Assembly (NCBI GenBank): GCA_977030845.1
Contig: OZ365110.1
Span: forward strand, 32,240,001 to 32,304,000
Length of the DNA stretch: 64,000 nucleotides
Direction of reading: 5' to 3'
DNA from: Fimbriosthenelais zetlandica
Taxonomy: Eukaryota
The position numbers were made by a program, and so were the translations under genes. How positions within the stretch are numbered: the stretch's first letter is position 1; the number at the start of each line of letters is the position of its first letter. Below the pieces are notes generated by a model, which was not told the DNA's origin, did no database searches, and was given only the letters and a program-made list of their open reading frames with translations. Positions 48,299 to 63,300 of this stretch are shown here, piece by piece.

Positions 48299-51200
48299 CA
48301 TCACATCACTTGTCATTTTCTCTTATGAAACGACCCCTTCAAAGTTACTCACATTTGCATTAGGTTACCTTACAGTTACACACTGATCAAAGTCACTGAC
48401 TCCTTGCTTTCTGGAGCTAAGCCAACCGCTTAACTTTTCTAAGATGTCTTTCAGTTTGCCGAGTGACAAAAGGGCAATGTTAATACCCACTTGATACTTA
48501 ATCGAGTGGGAACATATAAGGAGTGATCTGATACAACAAAAGAAGGCCCGCTACTGAATGCTATCAGAGATATAGATCTAAAGGGGAATGATCCTATTCT
48601 CCACTTGGCCTTTCTAATGTCTTACCATCATGACATATCCCAGGTTTTGAAGGAAATATTGGGGCAAAAGGCAAAGGTTTGCTTTTCTGAAACCTAAACC
48701 CCAACTGTTAAAGTTTGAAAAAAATGTTATTAAATCGAGACATTTTGTAACGTTCTGGTCCTATTGGTTTTGGACAATGATTGTCATGATATAATGAGCT
48801 ATTTTCCAAACTTTTTGATGGTGGATTTTTGAAACATAAAAAAGCTATAAAAACGGTGACTGTTGTAACATATATTTGTTGTAAATAACCCCTTTGCTTG
48901 AGCTGCCAGATTGGTTTGTTTTATATCAAGATAGACAGATCCCTTCAAGCAGAGCAAAATTATTTAAGAGGGAAAGGAAATATTTATAATCCTCTTTCTT
49001 ATTTGTTGATTTAAGAAATTAAAAATATTGATTCAGAGCTATTTTCAAAAGGGATTAATGATTGCATTAGTCAGACATGTGGATTGCTTGAGACGCTTTG
49101 CCTTGTTGATGTGTATTGTTTGAACCTATCTTTATACGCCCACTCATCGATCATCCTACCCCAGCCCTCTCCAAAATTCAATAGATTACGGTTATCTCTT
49201 CAAACCACATCTTTTTTTGGAGAGGGAAGAAGAGATCCGGTTTACGTCCACATGAACTGCCAGACCCAATCCATAGATCGACTGATTCTATACTGTACTA
49301 CTGTCTTCCCCTTAAGCCCGACCTCCACTTATGCGATTTCCCTTTCCGACAATTGGCGACCATTTGTTGGAAGGAAGCAACAGTGGAAGGTGTCTTGGGG
49401 TAGCTCATTGAATTTATTTCTTACGAGTGTTGCGTTTTTTTCTGCAATAAATAGCCGCAAATTTCTCCTGCAGAATCGCATCAGTGGAGTACAGGCTTTA
49501 TTTGCAAGTGATGGGCCTATTACAGCTGGAGAATCGCAACACTCGCAGGGGAAAAACCCCAATGGAGCTGTCCCATTACTAAGGTCTTTGATAACTTCAA
49601 CCACGATTTACAACTTACACCAAGAATCGCGGCAGTGGAGGATGGGTTTAAAGGTTTTCAAGTGAAGCTTTTTTTGCTTGCACTTCCTTTTCATTTTCAG
49701 TGCCTTCAATGGAGAACTTGTTTATTGAATAAGTGAATGGTGTTCCCATGCCAAGAAAAATGGGGATATTCACAGTAATATTATGGAGGGGATTGGCAAC
49801 ATATCAGTGTATTGAACGAAGACCTTGCATATTTGCTAAATGATCCGACTCTTCATTCTACGAATGGAAATATGCATGTTAAAAACCACTACGGTAATAT
49901 AGTACAACATCGACCAGATTTTGGGGCTTGTTTCATAAAAAATGGCATTGAGGTACTGCGGATTTCTCTTCTGACATAACCCCCTGCAGCATTAAGGACT
50001 TGCATTAATTAATTGCATTATTATCGCTTTCTCTCACTTTCAGTTAAAGTTTAAGACGGTTTGGGGTTAAATACCTTTCACAATTAACCATTCAACAATA
50101 CACCATCGTCTATACATAATACCAATATTAAAGCAGCACATAAAAGATCATGAAATAACTTACCGCTATTTTATAGAATAATCACATGCCTTGTAAACTC
50201 TCCCTTTGACATACCACTGAATATATCCTATTGATGTATTTCAAAAACTCAAAAATAGAGATGGAATTAATCCAAAACGGAACATCCACGTGAATCCGGT
50301 AATACTATAGTATATATGAAATCCGATTAACCAACTATAGGGTTACCAGTATCCAACAGGTAATAGGCGACAGGTGAGTGGGATGAGTAGGTGTGTTGGC
50401 ACCATCGGTGCATAGGCACAACATTCCTCTTCCTTGACATTAAACTCAATGTGTTTTCCTTGTGGCAAAAGCTGCTGTCGCATATACATTAAAGCTGCGA
50501 CCGGTCCAAGCGCCTTGGGAGGACACTCAGAAAAATGTGGATGTTGATGCTAGTTTTGATAGTTCTCAAATAGACTTCAAAGCCACCAACTGAATGGATT
50601 GCATTGAATTTAATTGTTTTCAAATCAAAGTTTTGGCAATGATGTAAATTCTGATTTTATAGGGATTTTTGTGGAAATATTTGTGAGAAAATGGATGGAA
50701 TGATGAAACAGTATGGGCAATCAAACTTTAAGTCCGGGTAGATATATTTTTGATAGAAAATCATTTCCACTTCAAGAGAAACTTTCTTCTCAGTTGTAAG
50801 AAATCTGGAGCAGTAAAAGCACCCATTTCTCTGATATTTCGAGCTGTTGGCAAAAGAAAGCATTGATTTCTCATTGAAATTTGGAACGACCATAGAGACC
50901 CACTTCAGTGTGGGGTACCTGATAAGGGGTCTATGTCAGAGCTCGCAGCTCCCTGCCAACTTCCCTGCTTCGGTAGTTTTATTAAAGCCCCACGCTTGTC
51001 ACTCACGGACCCAAGTCAGTGTTATTAAGCTTAAAGACGTCAGGAAGAGCGGTGAAATGATGTGTAGGCTCACCTGCCTAAAGAAGATTGTGTCAAAGCC
51101 ACATACATATAGAAAAGTGCTAATTAAAGAGTCAAGTTCTGATCCGAACAAAAACTCTGCCTGAAAAGGTATTATTTCCATTGAGCAACAAACATATTTA

Positions 51201-54200
51201 GATAGAGTTAATTGAACATCGACTGCATGTTATCAACACGGGGATCTGTCAGAAGTGTCTGTAATTTATATTCATCAAGCAAGACGGGGGGTATAGGGGA
51301 ATTATAAAGGCCTTTGTCACTGTCATTCACACATGTATAAGTCACTAAGGTTCTGAATGATAATGGTAAATTAGCTTAATAATGAAGGCAAGAACAAATA
51401 TTATAATGCCATTATATAAGAGGAGGGAAACTGGAAGATTCCTTGTGTGATTCTTAATTAGATTTTCATCTTAAAGGGCCTTATGTACTAAGACGACCGA
51501 TGCTGAAAAACCATCAGATTTTGGAGATCGGTCGGTTTGGGAACAGACAAAGCAAACTGAAGGAAGCATTGCAGAGAATGGTTAAGATAATGACAGTGGC
51601 TTCCACTTCCAATGACCTACATAAATGAATGAATCGGTTGGTCATCGGACTGATTTGTACAAAATCCCATCAGTCTCTAGACTGCTGGATTGGTGAGAGA
51701 GGCCGTAAAATGCAACCGGGCCTTTACTTTAAAGTGGATGAGCACATTCTATGATTGAATGTTATCCGGTCAACAATTTTCATATGGAATTGTCCATGTT
51801 ATTTGGCTTGGACTTGGCCTATATCCAGAAGGGCACTTTTCGAACAGATGAAATTTTGTTCCCATAATATGAAAACCTTATAGGCCCTTGCCATGGATCC
51901 AACACTTTATTTCTCAGCCAATCCATTCAGTAAAGAAATGCACTCGACATGTCAAAAACTGACAAAAATTGGAATTATAAAAATTGCAACAACTTGCGGT
52001 ATGTAATTATAGTAATAACATATTTCACCTTATAAACCCTCTCAAAGTGGACAACTTTCGGGAAATTGCACTTGTTATTATGGCCATTTATAGCCCTTTA
52101 AATCTCGCCAATTGCCTTTTGATGTCAACTCAATCTTAAAGGATTTGAATTAGCAGGAATGTCAGGGGCAATTAAAGGGCTAGGTGTATGAATGATGATG
52201 TCCATTGAATGGTGAGTGTAAGGGGTGTAGAAGGTGATTGTAGGTCTATATTTAAGCTTTGTGCCCTCACTCCGCCCCTTAAAGGCCCTCCACCAAATGA
52301 GTCATGTCCCATCACTGACAGACCTGTCCCATACCTGGGGAGGTCCGCCAGGGTGGGACGTTCATTTCACTGGTCGCATCTGGGGGTTGTTTCAAAGATT
52401 ATTTTTTTCTTTTTTTCATTTTTGATCAGTTATATGTCTATGTAACACCCATGCTTATACCCCTTGAATATTGAATAGAATATTTAGATTTTGACCTACG
52501 AGACATAGAAAACCATGGTGTGTGGAATTCTTTAAAGTATCCGAACCTCTATCCGGTTCCATCCGATAGCTTTCTGAATGCGTCTACATGTAAATTTACC
52601 TTTACACTTAGGTAAGGGTAAACAGTGACAAAGTGTCTATCATTGGATACCATTAGAAATTGGGGTTCGGATGGCGACAGTTTGGAGAATAGGATTAGTA
52701 TGTTCCTGGCTTTATGCTGATAAAAATTTGGATAGTTCAAATTGAAATACAGCAAACTTAGCTGACCAATTTTCCAGGCCTTACTGAGTCTGAAAAAAAG
52801 TTACGGTGAGTGAGACATTACTTTAGGCCTATGTTTTATGCCATATAGAATCATCAAAGTGATTTTTTAAGTTACTTCAATCTGGGAATGTAATTCCTAG
52901 AGGGACCGCTTAGTAGTGTAACGAATCCAAAATTGTAACGTTTTTTATGAGACAGACCCCTGATGAAGGTGGAGTTATTTACCCCCCTCACGACCAGCCA
53001 TCAGGTGAGTATGATATGCTCACCCATTGACTTCCCCCCACACACAGTGAGCCAGCATGGGGGATCATCATGCTTCATACACCCACCCATCAACCCAGTG
53101 AACGCCACTCAATGCATCTATACTACACCCTGACAACTTGTCTTGATGCTGCTTCTTTTCCCTTCTCACTGATCATGATCCATCGGGGGCCGTTTCAAAA
53201 GAAAATTGGAGCAAAGAATGCATTCAATTTACAATCACTGATTGGGCTTCGCTTGCACAAAATTCTCCCACCGGATTCCCTTTTCAAAAGGAAAATTAGC
53301 AATGCTAAGTCTTCGTCAATAGTCTGGCTATATTCGTTTAGAAACACTATTTGGTTGGACATCGTTTGGCCTAAATTCCCTCACTAGTTAACGCAGAGTT
53401 TTATCATGAAAAAGGCCCCTGTTGCACCTATTTTGGGTAATGTGGCAGTTTCATTTGCGTTAGGCAATGCAGCAATTATGAAACAGTTAATTAACAGTTA
53501 ATTATGAAACACCGCTGTTTCTCGCACAAATACTATCCAAAATACTTACCAATACTATCCATTTTGGTAATATATCGCAGGTTTGTTATGTAACACCAAC
53601 AGGCAGAATAAAAGACTGCCAGACTGAGTTATCATGAGTTATGCAACAGCCGCCCCGTTGCTCTCTCACTGTCACTTCTGCCTACATATCTCATTAGCCC
53701 ATTAGCAAAGTTTCCTTCCGAAACAGGAAGCTTTCCCCATACTTCGCACTGGCTAATAACGGTGCGCAGCTTTATGAAACGTTCCCCCGCTGCGTTCTTC
53801 CCCGTACCTCCCGTCCACCTGAGAGTGTAAGTTTTACGGCCTGTTGCCACCAGTGATCTCAACTGACAAGCTGAAGCTCATCTATCTTTCTGCCAACCAC
53901 TTACCGTGTTGATCGCTGTTGGCCCAGAATGGCCGAGGCAATGAGATCAATTAAGTTGGTAAAAAGATGTACTTACTAAAGGCCACCCCACAAGCCCGTT
54001 ACTATCCATAAAGACATACTCAAGCAACTTATCATCTGAATGGATCGACCCACCGAGGCATGAAAAGGGGACTTCAATTGTTCAAATGAAACAGTGGTAG
54101 GCCGCAGTGGTCAGTTTTAAAAATAAAAAATGTACTTTATTGGGGTTTAGGCGTCCACAATATTTACCCCACTGAACCAGAGAAGAATTCTCTTATAAGA

Positions 54201-57200
54201 AGAATTGTATTTTCATTTATATGCTTGGTATGTTTCTTTTCAGAGTTCATGCAATGTTGATCCAACATTATGCATCTTCGAATAATAAGATTATAATCAG
54301 CACTGTTTTTTATAGATTATAATCTATCCATAAACATTGCTCATTTTTATTGAATTTTTTTCATCAAACCACCCAAATTCAAGGATGGATATATACAGAC
54401 ATTGCATCTCAAAAATATACATTAATTGTATTTGTTTGAAAGAATTAACAGAACGTTTTAGAAAATGTGGCTGATGTAACGTAACAATTCTTGTGAAACA
54501 AGCCCCCCCCCCCCCCCCCAATCTTAACTTGAACAAAATATTAGACCCAAATGCAATAACAGAACTAACCATGTGATTATTCTCCTCAAAAGGCAATTAA
54601 TTTTTATCATTTAATATAATTTTATAATAATTATACAGTCGAATCAACTGACCAAATGTGGTCGACTAAATGTGGTCTGACGCTTAAGGGACTTTCACTG
54701 TAAATTTAACATGAATATTTTGAATAATAATATTTAGCGGACAGGAAAAATTCATTTTTCATTTTTCATCAATAATTGGCATACTATCTTACTGCAGGTC
54801 GTAAACACCTCCCAAAAAGACTAGACGGAGTAGAATAGTGAATCATTAATCTTGAGTATCCCTCATCAAATTAACCCCAGTCTTTCCAGCATGAGTAAGT
54901 GTCCTCCCTTTTATCAACAGGTCCCACGGAGGCCGTCTGATTGTAATCGAATTTTTATCCCTTTCTCCCATAATAACTCAATTCTAGCTCCTCTGGGGCG
55001 GCTTTCTGCATTGATGAATCACCATTTCTCATGGTGGGCGCAAAATGCAGGCACAAAGGTCATCCAGCCATCCCTGGCCGTTTTGGCCCAGCACTTGTGG
55101 AGTCATTTCCATCTTTGCGGATGCTCAATTTTCCATCGCCAATATATATTATGGGAATGGAGTCCATTTGGAAAGATCATAAATTGAGGCGTACAAAAAT
55201 GTGATGGGAGAGTTTGGGATGGACTTGGGTCCATGCATCCAAAAAGGAATCAATGTTATCAGTGGTGAACGTTTCCTGTATATTATGCATGTTAGTTCTT
55301 ATAGTTCAATAGGGACAAGTCATGTTTTAAAGGCAATATGCTACATTTTCCAGACTCACTGTCCCTCTATCCAATTCTATCAATTCCTCTACTTCCCCCG
55401 CATCTTTCCTGTCCCCTCCCTCCTCTTTGTCCCTCTCCAGGCCTCCTCCATGTCCCTCACTCCCATCCACCGCTCGCTCGTTTCTGCCATGTCCCAGTTC
55501 CAATAAACTTGGATCATGAATTTTTATGTAATGATTAAAAGATATTTCAAATGTTCCTGATAACTATTTCTATAGATAGAATTCTAACAAATTCCCAGAG
55601 CTTTCGATTGATATTTTTTTTATAATAACCCCAGGATTTGTATCATGCATGTGCCAAATTCATTTTCAGATAATCCACAAACATATTCTATGAACAGATA
55701 AATAAAGTGAAAAGAGTGAGGACATGGCGTTATGGGTTATGGGTGATGAACAAACATCACATGCCATACTAAATCAGTTAATAAATCAGTGCTCACTTAT
55801 TTCTGGATCAAAAAGCTGAACCCGTATACCATCCTGCTTGGATCAATTACTTTATGATCAGCTCTCTTCATCCCTTGGCCTTTTAAAAGCCTTTATCAAA
55901 CCGTCCGCCGAAAAACATATTGGATCCCATTAGAAGCTACGGGTGGGTTTCCACAGGGGTAGGATTGACCAAAGAAGGGGGTGCAGCTACTGGGGGATGA
56001 GAGAAGAGAAGGGATGAGAGAAGAGAGGGAAGAAGGGTGGTTGAGAGGGAGGGAGTGGGAGAGAGAGAGGGGGGAGAGAGAGAAAGACGGACGGAGAGAG
56101 ACAGAGGGAATGAGTGAGTGAGGGGAGAGAGATAGAGAGGAGGGTGGGGGAGACCACCACACCCTTAGCTCCACAAAATTTTCATTTTGAACAAGCATAA
56201 ATTTCAACGGGTGATGGTCCAAATAGCCCCCATCAACTCCAACCACCTTTGATTCTTCCATATTGCCGATAATCTGTTCCCTAAACCCCCAATGGAAGCA
56301 ATGAATACATGTGCATTTGATGATGAGGGGATGCCCCACTGCAGTCTCAGACCACCTGTAAGCTTATCATTGAGACAACAGACGGTAGGCAGTGGCCTAT
56401 ACATGAGCCACGGGGGGCGACTCCCCCATACCATGGAAATCATCAGAGAAGGTAAAACACTAGTATGGCGGTACTATACTCATCGACAGTTTGTTTTCAC
56501 ACTGCGTTCATCAAAGACTAGACGGCTTGACAGTGGGCTAGTTTGATGTATCATTATAGCGGGCTCATAGTTTAGTTTAGTTTCATTGCTACTTTGATGG
56601 TAGGTTTTCTTTTGGATATGCGCAATGTAAACAGATAATGATTAATCTATGGCTGATATTTATTATGAAACGGCCCCGGGACGTACGCAATTAAAGATAA
56701 AGATGCCATGGCCATATGGGACACATATACTGTTGTTATATTTGGATGAAATGCACACATGGTGAGGATATTGGGTATGGTTTCACTTTGAGAGATGGGG
56801 GATGTTTAATAACAAAGCTGAACAGCCGCTGAACAGTTCAAAATGAATATTAACAATGGTTAGTGTATGGTTCTATTGGTATAGTGCATTTTGTTATAGA
56901 ATGGCACTAAATGCAGGAACAAACCAGGGAATCTTCCATAAGAAATAATGCGAAAATCTATTGACTGCACCAGCGCATCTTATGAAACGGACCCAGGATT
57001 TCGGTGTCAAGATTCTAATGGTATTCTCGGATATGGTTCCATTTAATAGAAAATACTATATGGAAGATATATAGCTAGAGTCCTATACTGAATGGCATGG
57101 CACTTTATTCAGGTAATAAAACTATATATGAGAAATCCATACATCCCGGTATAATAGGTACTTGCAACTTGTATTCTTTCTCCATCTCACGAAGTCAAAA

Positions 57201-60011
57201 TACATTATTTGTATCCAATTCCCACGAGGGCACCTCTGTCATTGACTGATGCTGTCTGGAATAACCCGGTTTATTTCAGAATCATTGTCTCTATATCGCA
57301 ATGTGAATTGCTCTGCAACTTGCAAGCAATCTAAAAAATACTCCTGCACACCAAAAAACTATAGAGGGGCATTCTGGCAGTGGCCCCTGTGTAAGAATGG
57401 ATGCAACAAAGAGTTGGAAGCGTGACAAAGCACAAAAGAAAGTTATTAAAACCATGTATTTCTTCATCTATATGTTGGGATATGTTTGACTGATGGCATG
57501 AGAAATGGCAGACCTACATCGAGTCTTCATCAAATGCACGTATCCCTATTGTTTGTGTGTCCATTTTCCATCATGTATTCTACTCTCTGTGTAGATTTAG
57601 TTACTTGTACATTCCTTCGACTAACTAAGATTTTGCAACATTTTCAACATGGAATCATCTCGGATTCACGCATTCTTTCATGAAGAAATTCTTCTCAAAA
57701 TCAAATATGTCAATCTGGGCAAATAAACCTATAGGAATGATCAGATTACAGTTTCTAAAGTCATTATTCTCAAGGCAATCAAGGCATGTGTGAGAAATTT
57801 CTCACTTCATACCTCTAGAGATTTTCCCCAGTCATGGAGTCATGCTATTGTTGTATGGAGAACCGATTAACCCCTCATTGTTATGTAGTAAACGCAGGCC
57901 CCATGTCAATTCCTCCTAATGACTTTCAATTCCCTCATCTCTCACTGCATAACATCAGTGACATAAGGTCCGGTCTGTCGAACATCCTGGTTTGAGGAGT
58001 CAGTCCTGACAGTTTCATAAAAAAGTGATCCGTCTTAGACAATTTAGGCCCACCATGTATTATATTCCTTATATCCATCACTAGCATTAAATTTTTACGA
58101 GATTTGATGAAACAAGCCCCTTTTAGGACGGAGATGTACAAAATATATCCTGCGCGTACACGTCCTTATGAAATTTAATTTTAAACCATAGTTACGAGGA
58201 AACGGGATCCATGTATCGTTTCATGAAATCACGCATTTGGCCAGGACAACTACCAGACAGACATTTAGTAATAAATTGATAGCTATAGCAGTAATTATCG
58301 CTATATTAAATCCTGATAAACTGATATCAAGCTAGCTGTATCTTAATAGGACTTCCAAGTAGCGTTTGACCTTTTTAATATCGGACCTTGTAGATGCTCA
58401 AGTGGCTTGGTATTTGACTCGATTATGACAGGGATATTGGGATGATCATCTGGGGACTGTTTCATAAAATAAAGCAAAAGAGTGAGCGGCCTGCCTCTCG
58501 CAAACAGCAGCAATGGTTCTTTTACATGCCACTCTTTATATATTCATCTAATGTGAGACATGGCTGGCCTTTTACAACATGCCTCTCACAACACACAGTC
58601 TGATAGTGCATGCTTGGTCTTTGATAAATTCGATATTTGTACTATCTGTCTATAGGTTGTACGCATAATATACCCCATGCACAACTTAGGAATGAAAGAG
58701 ACACTCTAGGAGTGTTTCATAAAAATATAAATGAACAACAGGCAACAGTACGTTTATCGGCTATTGCTGAGTACACTTTTTATGAATCGACCCCGGAAGA
58801 CCTCCCCACTCCAATGGATGGGTTCTCCTGGAGGTTTTCGGCAAAGTAAAATTGTTTTCCAAAATGGAATAGCATGCCTGGAGGAAATAACAATTTATCG
58901 CTGGGGTTCTGCAGATTCCCTGCTTGCGGATTGCCTTGAAACAAAGCTTAAAGGCTGGGGGCAATATGCCTTTTTTAACTCCGTGGTTGCAGGGATATTG
59001 GTTGGTGTAAAATATTGTCCTGGCTATGCCATCCATCTAACCGACATCTCTCCATCCCCATGCCCCCCTCTTTTGCTCCAAGGAACGCTCCTGCACGGTT
59101 TTGCTCCGATGAAAAACAATGACTACGAAATACGACAAGCTCTGGAATCTTCCATTAGTAAATAGGAGTGGGTGAGACGGAGAGGGGGGGGGGGGCGGTC
59201 TGCAATGTCTGTTTTAGTATAATATCAAAGAAAGCTCAGAGCAAAGAGCAAGAATGACCAGATTATTCTATAATTAGCTCTTAAATTTCGAGCGGTTTCT
59301 TTGGTTTCTTCTCAGACCGACCGATGGTAATGAAAAAGCAAAATCTAGTAATAATAACAATACTATGTCTATGGCTAATGTTCAGTTTGAAACGGGCTCC
59401 TGACGATTTCACAGGTTTGGTTTGTGACAAATAAATGGATAAGCCTAATTGAGGAATTGTTTGATAAAAAAGATGCATTCATTTTAGGCATATAGGCCTA
59501 CTATGTTATAAGCATGTTTGGAATGGGCTAATGAGTAAATTTATGTTTTTAACGTCTAGTTTAACTATGTTATAGAACGAGGAAGAAACACGTTGTCGGC
59601 ACACAATTGTCGATGCTTCCTGAATTAATAATATATAGCAGGAATGGTGCTTTTACATTTCACTCACTATAGAGAGTGGGAGGCATGACTGGCTTAAGTA
59701 TAAAGATAACATACTTATTGCTACATGCCTGTATCCAAGGATAATCATTACAGAGCCTACCATAATAATCACAATCATTTAGCATGGGGCTCTCTCTACG
59801 GGCTGAGGAAAATGGATCCCTCCCGAGGGCCGGGAATCAGACGCGTGATCTCCAGCCATTTATCTGGGCGAGTAACAACTGATAACCGGTTAAAGGAGCA
59901 ATAGAAAGACACGCTCCGTGGATCTAAACTGGACATTGAATTATATCTCAAGATTGACTGTAAGAACTGTTATTTTACCATACCATATAGCAATGATATA
60001 GACTATAGGAT

Positions 60012-60338
60012 GGCCACGGAGGTGTAGTGGTACTGGTTAGAGTGTCTGTCCCGTGTGTGGAAGGTCGCCAGTTCAAACTGCAGTCACGTCAAACCAGAGA
60101 CTCTCGATATAGTGTCTCTGGTCAAACCAAGACTTGGTACTAGTTGCTCCCTCACTTGTAAGAGGACAATACTAGGACTGGCCTGTCTGGTGTCAGGATA
60201 ATGTGTGAGGTATCATGTCATGTGCCTACGACGTGATACCTCAGCTGTGAGGCAGCACTATAAAAGAGCATCACTGTCACAAGTATAGGCACCGTCAGGA
60301 TATAACTGAAACATTTTCGAAAGTGGCATTAAAACCCG
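60012..60338 (+). mobile_element. tRNA-headed SINE
   Basis: tRNA-like head (GGTGTAGTGG...GTTCAAAC), a central GGTGTCAGGATAATGTG...GAGGCAGCACTATAAAA segment and a TTAAAAC tail. The centre resembles invertebrate SINE cores as recalled from memory, not searched. Confidence 0.6.
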
Positions 60339-63300
60339 TGGAGGTCCAGGGGGTCAGGACCTAATGCTCTAAAGATATATTTTTGACCACAAGGCAGGGC
60401 TCCTCCCCCTTTTTATACAGGTGACCCCCACAGGTCTGATCCCTCTGACCAGCCCACCCCTTTTTTTAAACCCTTGATCCGACTCTGCGTTGTAGTCTAC
60501 ACGCAATGACAAGCATACGATCAAAGGAAAGCTTAATCTATGGGGAAAATAATTATATAGGCCTACCTATGAAAATAATATATACCCATATGACTTGGTA
60601 TTCTCCTTCTGAATAATTATTGAGTAGAGGCAGATTAATATGCTGTGAATGAAATAGCCATGAAATATACCCATTACAAGCTCTGTTTGCTGGTGCCCCT
60701 TTAACTGCAATATCTCTATATGAAACAATCGCAGTTTTGGGGGTGGATTACTGAATAATTACATGGTCATTTTACAAACTATGGTCAATCGTAAAAGTAG
60801 GATAAAATCATGCTAGTAGGGGTTGATATAGTTGGTCAAGTGCCGATGCTGTCATACATTATTAATCTACATTTAGGACTATAATGATAAGCCCCGGATG
60901 TGAAGTGGTGTTAGGAATACCTTGATAGTCCAATACTTAACTTGATACGCAAATTTACACTCTGATAACATGTGGATATATCCTAAACTTAGTTTTGCAA
61001 ATTCCGATATAACTTCTAGACATGTTTCACTATTTGCAAATCATCATACAACACACCGATAGTGTTCAACCTACAGTCATATTTTACAGATTTCAGTTCC
61101 TTGAGAAACATTGGCGCATGGAAATTTTGCAAGAAATATATCTGGTTCTTTTACATGCCTTTCACCATAGACAGTGAGAGATACGGCTGGCCATGTATAT
61201 CCCAGTTACCAGCACTGGATGGAGAAGGGCAATGACATCTGACAATGTATAAAGCTTGGTCAATAAATCAGATGATTCGACCATTTTTTAATTTTTTCTT
61301 TAGAAAAACTGTCCACTGTCCGTTGGTCGGTGGGCTGGGAATTTTATCAATTCACAGACAAATTAGTGAGTAGATAATCTTTAAACTAGGTTTTCAGCAG
61401 GACTCGGTCAATGCTTTAATCCCCTTGATTAGAAAGTGTATAAATCTTCAAACGTATTAGATAACCATGAAATCTCACCCCGGGATGTGATTTTTCAGTG
61501 ATCGCGTTTGATTGAAGTCTAGATGACAAGTGTTATTCACTTCATGACAGGGGTTCATACCGGAGGCAATGAACGGAGCCAAAGGTTGCCAGATAGTAAG
61601 AAAGCCTGTGAGAAAAAATTGATTCACCTACAAGGTTGTCATTAAATATAAAATGCCTTCAAATGTCGAAATTACATCGTTATTATTTCCAAACAGATTC
61701 CTTTAAGAAATTAACATTTCAATGATATCAGCAATCCCTTTACGGATTCTTTCTCAAAGTGTAAAAATTAACAATAAATGTAAAGAAAATTTAACAAATG
61801 AAGAATATTTAGAAGGAAATATTCTAAATTCATTGGCAACACTGTATTTGCAAAGGATTTTCTCTCCATCTCATCTTACCTCCAGTGGTTAGAGCGAGCA
61901 CCTCAAAAAATGATATGACATTTGGATGCAATTTACTATTAGTTTTGGCAATCACAAGTCAGTGAGCAGCTAGGCTACGAGCCAAGTTGGCCCTCTTGGT
62001 GCGAACCTTCACAAGTTCCCTTCGCTTTACATATTCCTATATAGATTCACTCAAATACCAGAGAGAAATGATTAGGATGTGCGACCCAATGCCAAGATCT
62101 ATAATCAATAATTTGTCTTTTTTTCCATGTTTACTGCAATGCTTCATCTGCGGCAAATGATGTGTGTGGGATGGAGGTTGTTGGGGTGGGGGGCGGGGGG
62201 GGGGCATGGAGAGGGGATCAACCGAAGACCATTGTATAAGATCTACAAATGAATATTGTAACTGGGTTTGTTTCATAAAAAAGACTGGGCATAATAAACG
62301 ATCAATTGAAGGCTTAAAGTACGGACCTTATCTGAAACAGAGTAATAATTTCCAACACAAAATAGATATATAAAGGAAAAGAAATAGATAAAAAGGTACA
62401 TTTACTTACATTAATTTTACATCCAATAGGAATGGGCACCTTGCTTTCCTTTCCTTAAAGTTCCAAGAGTATACGAGGTAAACGTAATCCAACTTCTCAG
62501 TTTACATGTATAGGATGTTTCATGCTAGTGATATTACATGTTTTTCCGCCATGTCACGCATGGACCACCAGTAATAGTCCTATGTGGTAGGTATACATCC
62601 ATGCAAAGTAGTTTTTTGGTGGGTTATTTGATCCGTTTTTCTTGTATTTTTTCCTTTCTTTATCTCTCTTCTCTCCTGTGTCTCAGAGTGTGTCTCTGTC
62701 TCTGTCTTTCTCTGTGTCCTCTGTGTCTAGAGTTCTTTTCTCTGTCCCTCTTTCGTCTGTCTCTTTTTCGTCTGTCTCTATGTGTGTGTCTGTCTTCCTC
62801 TCTCTCTGTCTTGTACTCTCTCTCTTCTCTCTCTACTCTTTCCTCTCACACGGAATAAATGATGAATGGAAAGAAAAGACTGAAAGACAGTGAATGAGGC
62901 ACAGAGATCCCACTTGGAGATATGATTATGTCAAAGGTCCCTCTATATTTATGGCGCCCACCTCTCTATCACGCATCGCCTCTGTATACTGGCTACTTTT
63001 TTTCCTAGATTCATAAAGGCCTCGTCAGTACTGCTTGCTCTGGCAGTATTTCACCAAGGCACCTCCTCATTACATCTCCGGTCATGGTGATTCGTTCCAC
63101 ACGAAATCTCGCTCTAGCTCCTCCTTCTTCTCTCTTTCCCTCTCTCCAACATACACTCTCACTATCCCCTATTCCCGATGCTGCGGTTGCAGGGACTGGT
63201 AAAGTTCCTTTGGAAAGCTTCAAGGTAGTTGGGAGTAAGCCTAGTGGCTCACCTATAGCGTCCTCTCTTGGTAGGAAGGGGAACCGTAACAACCATCGCC

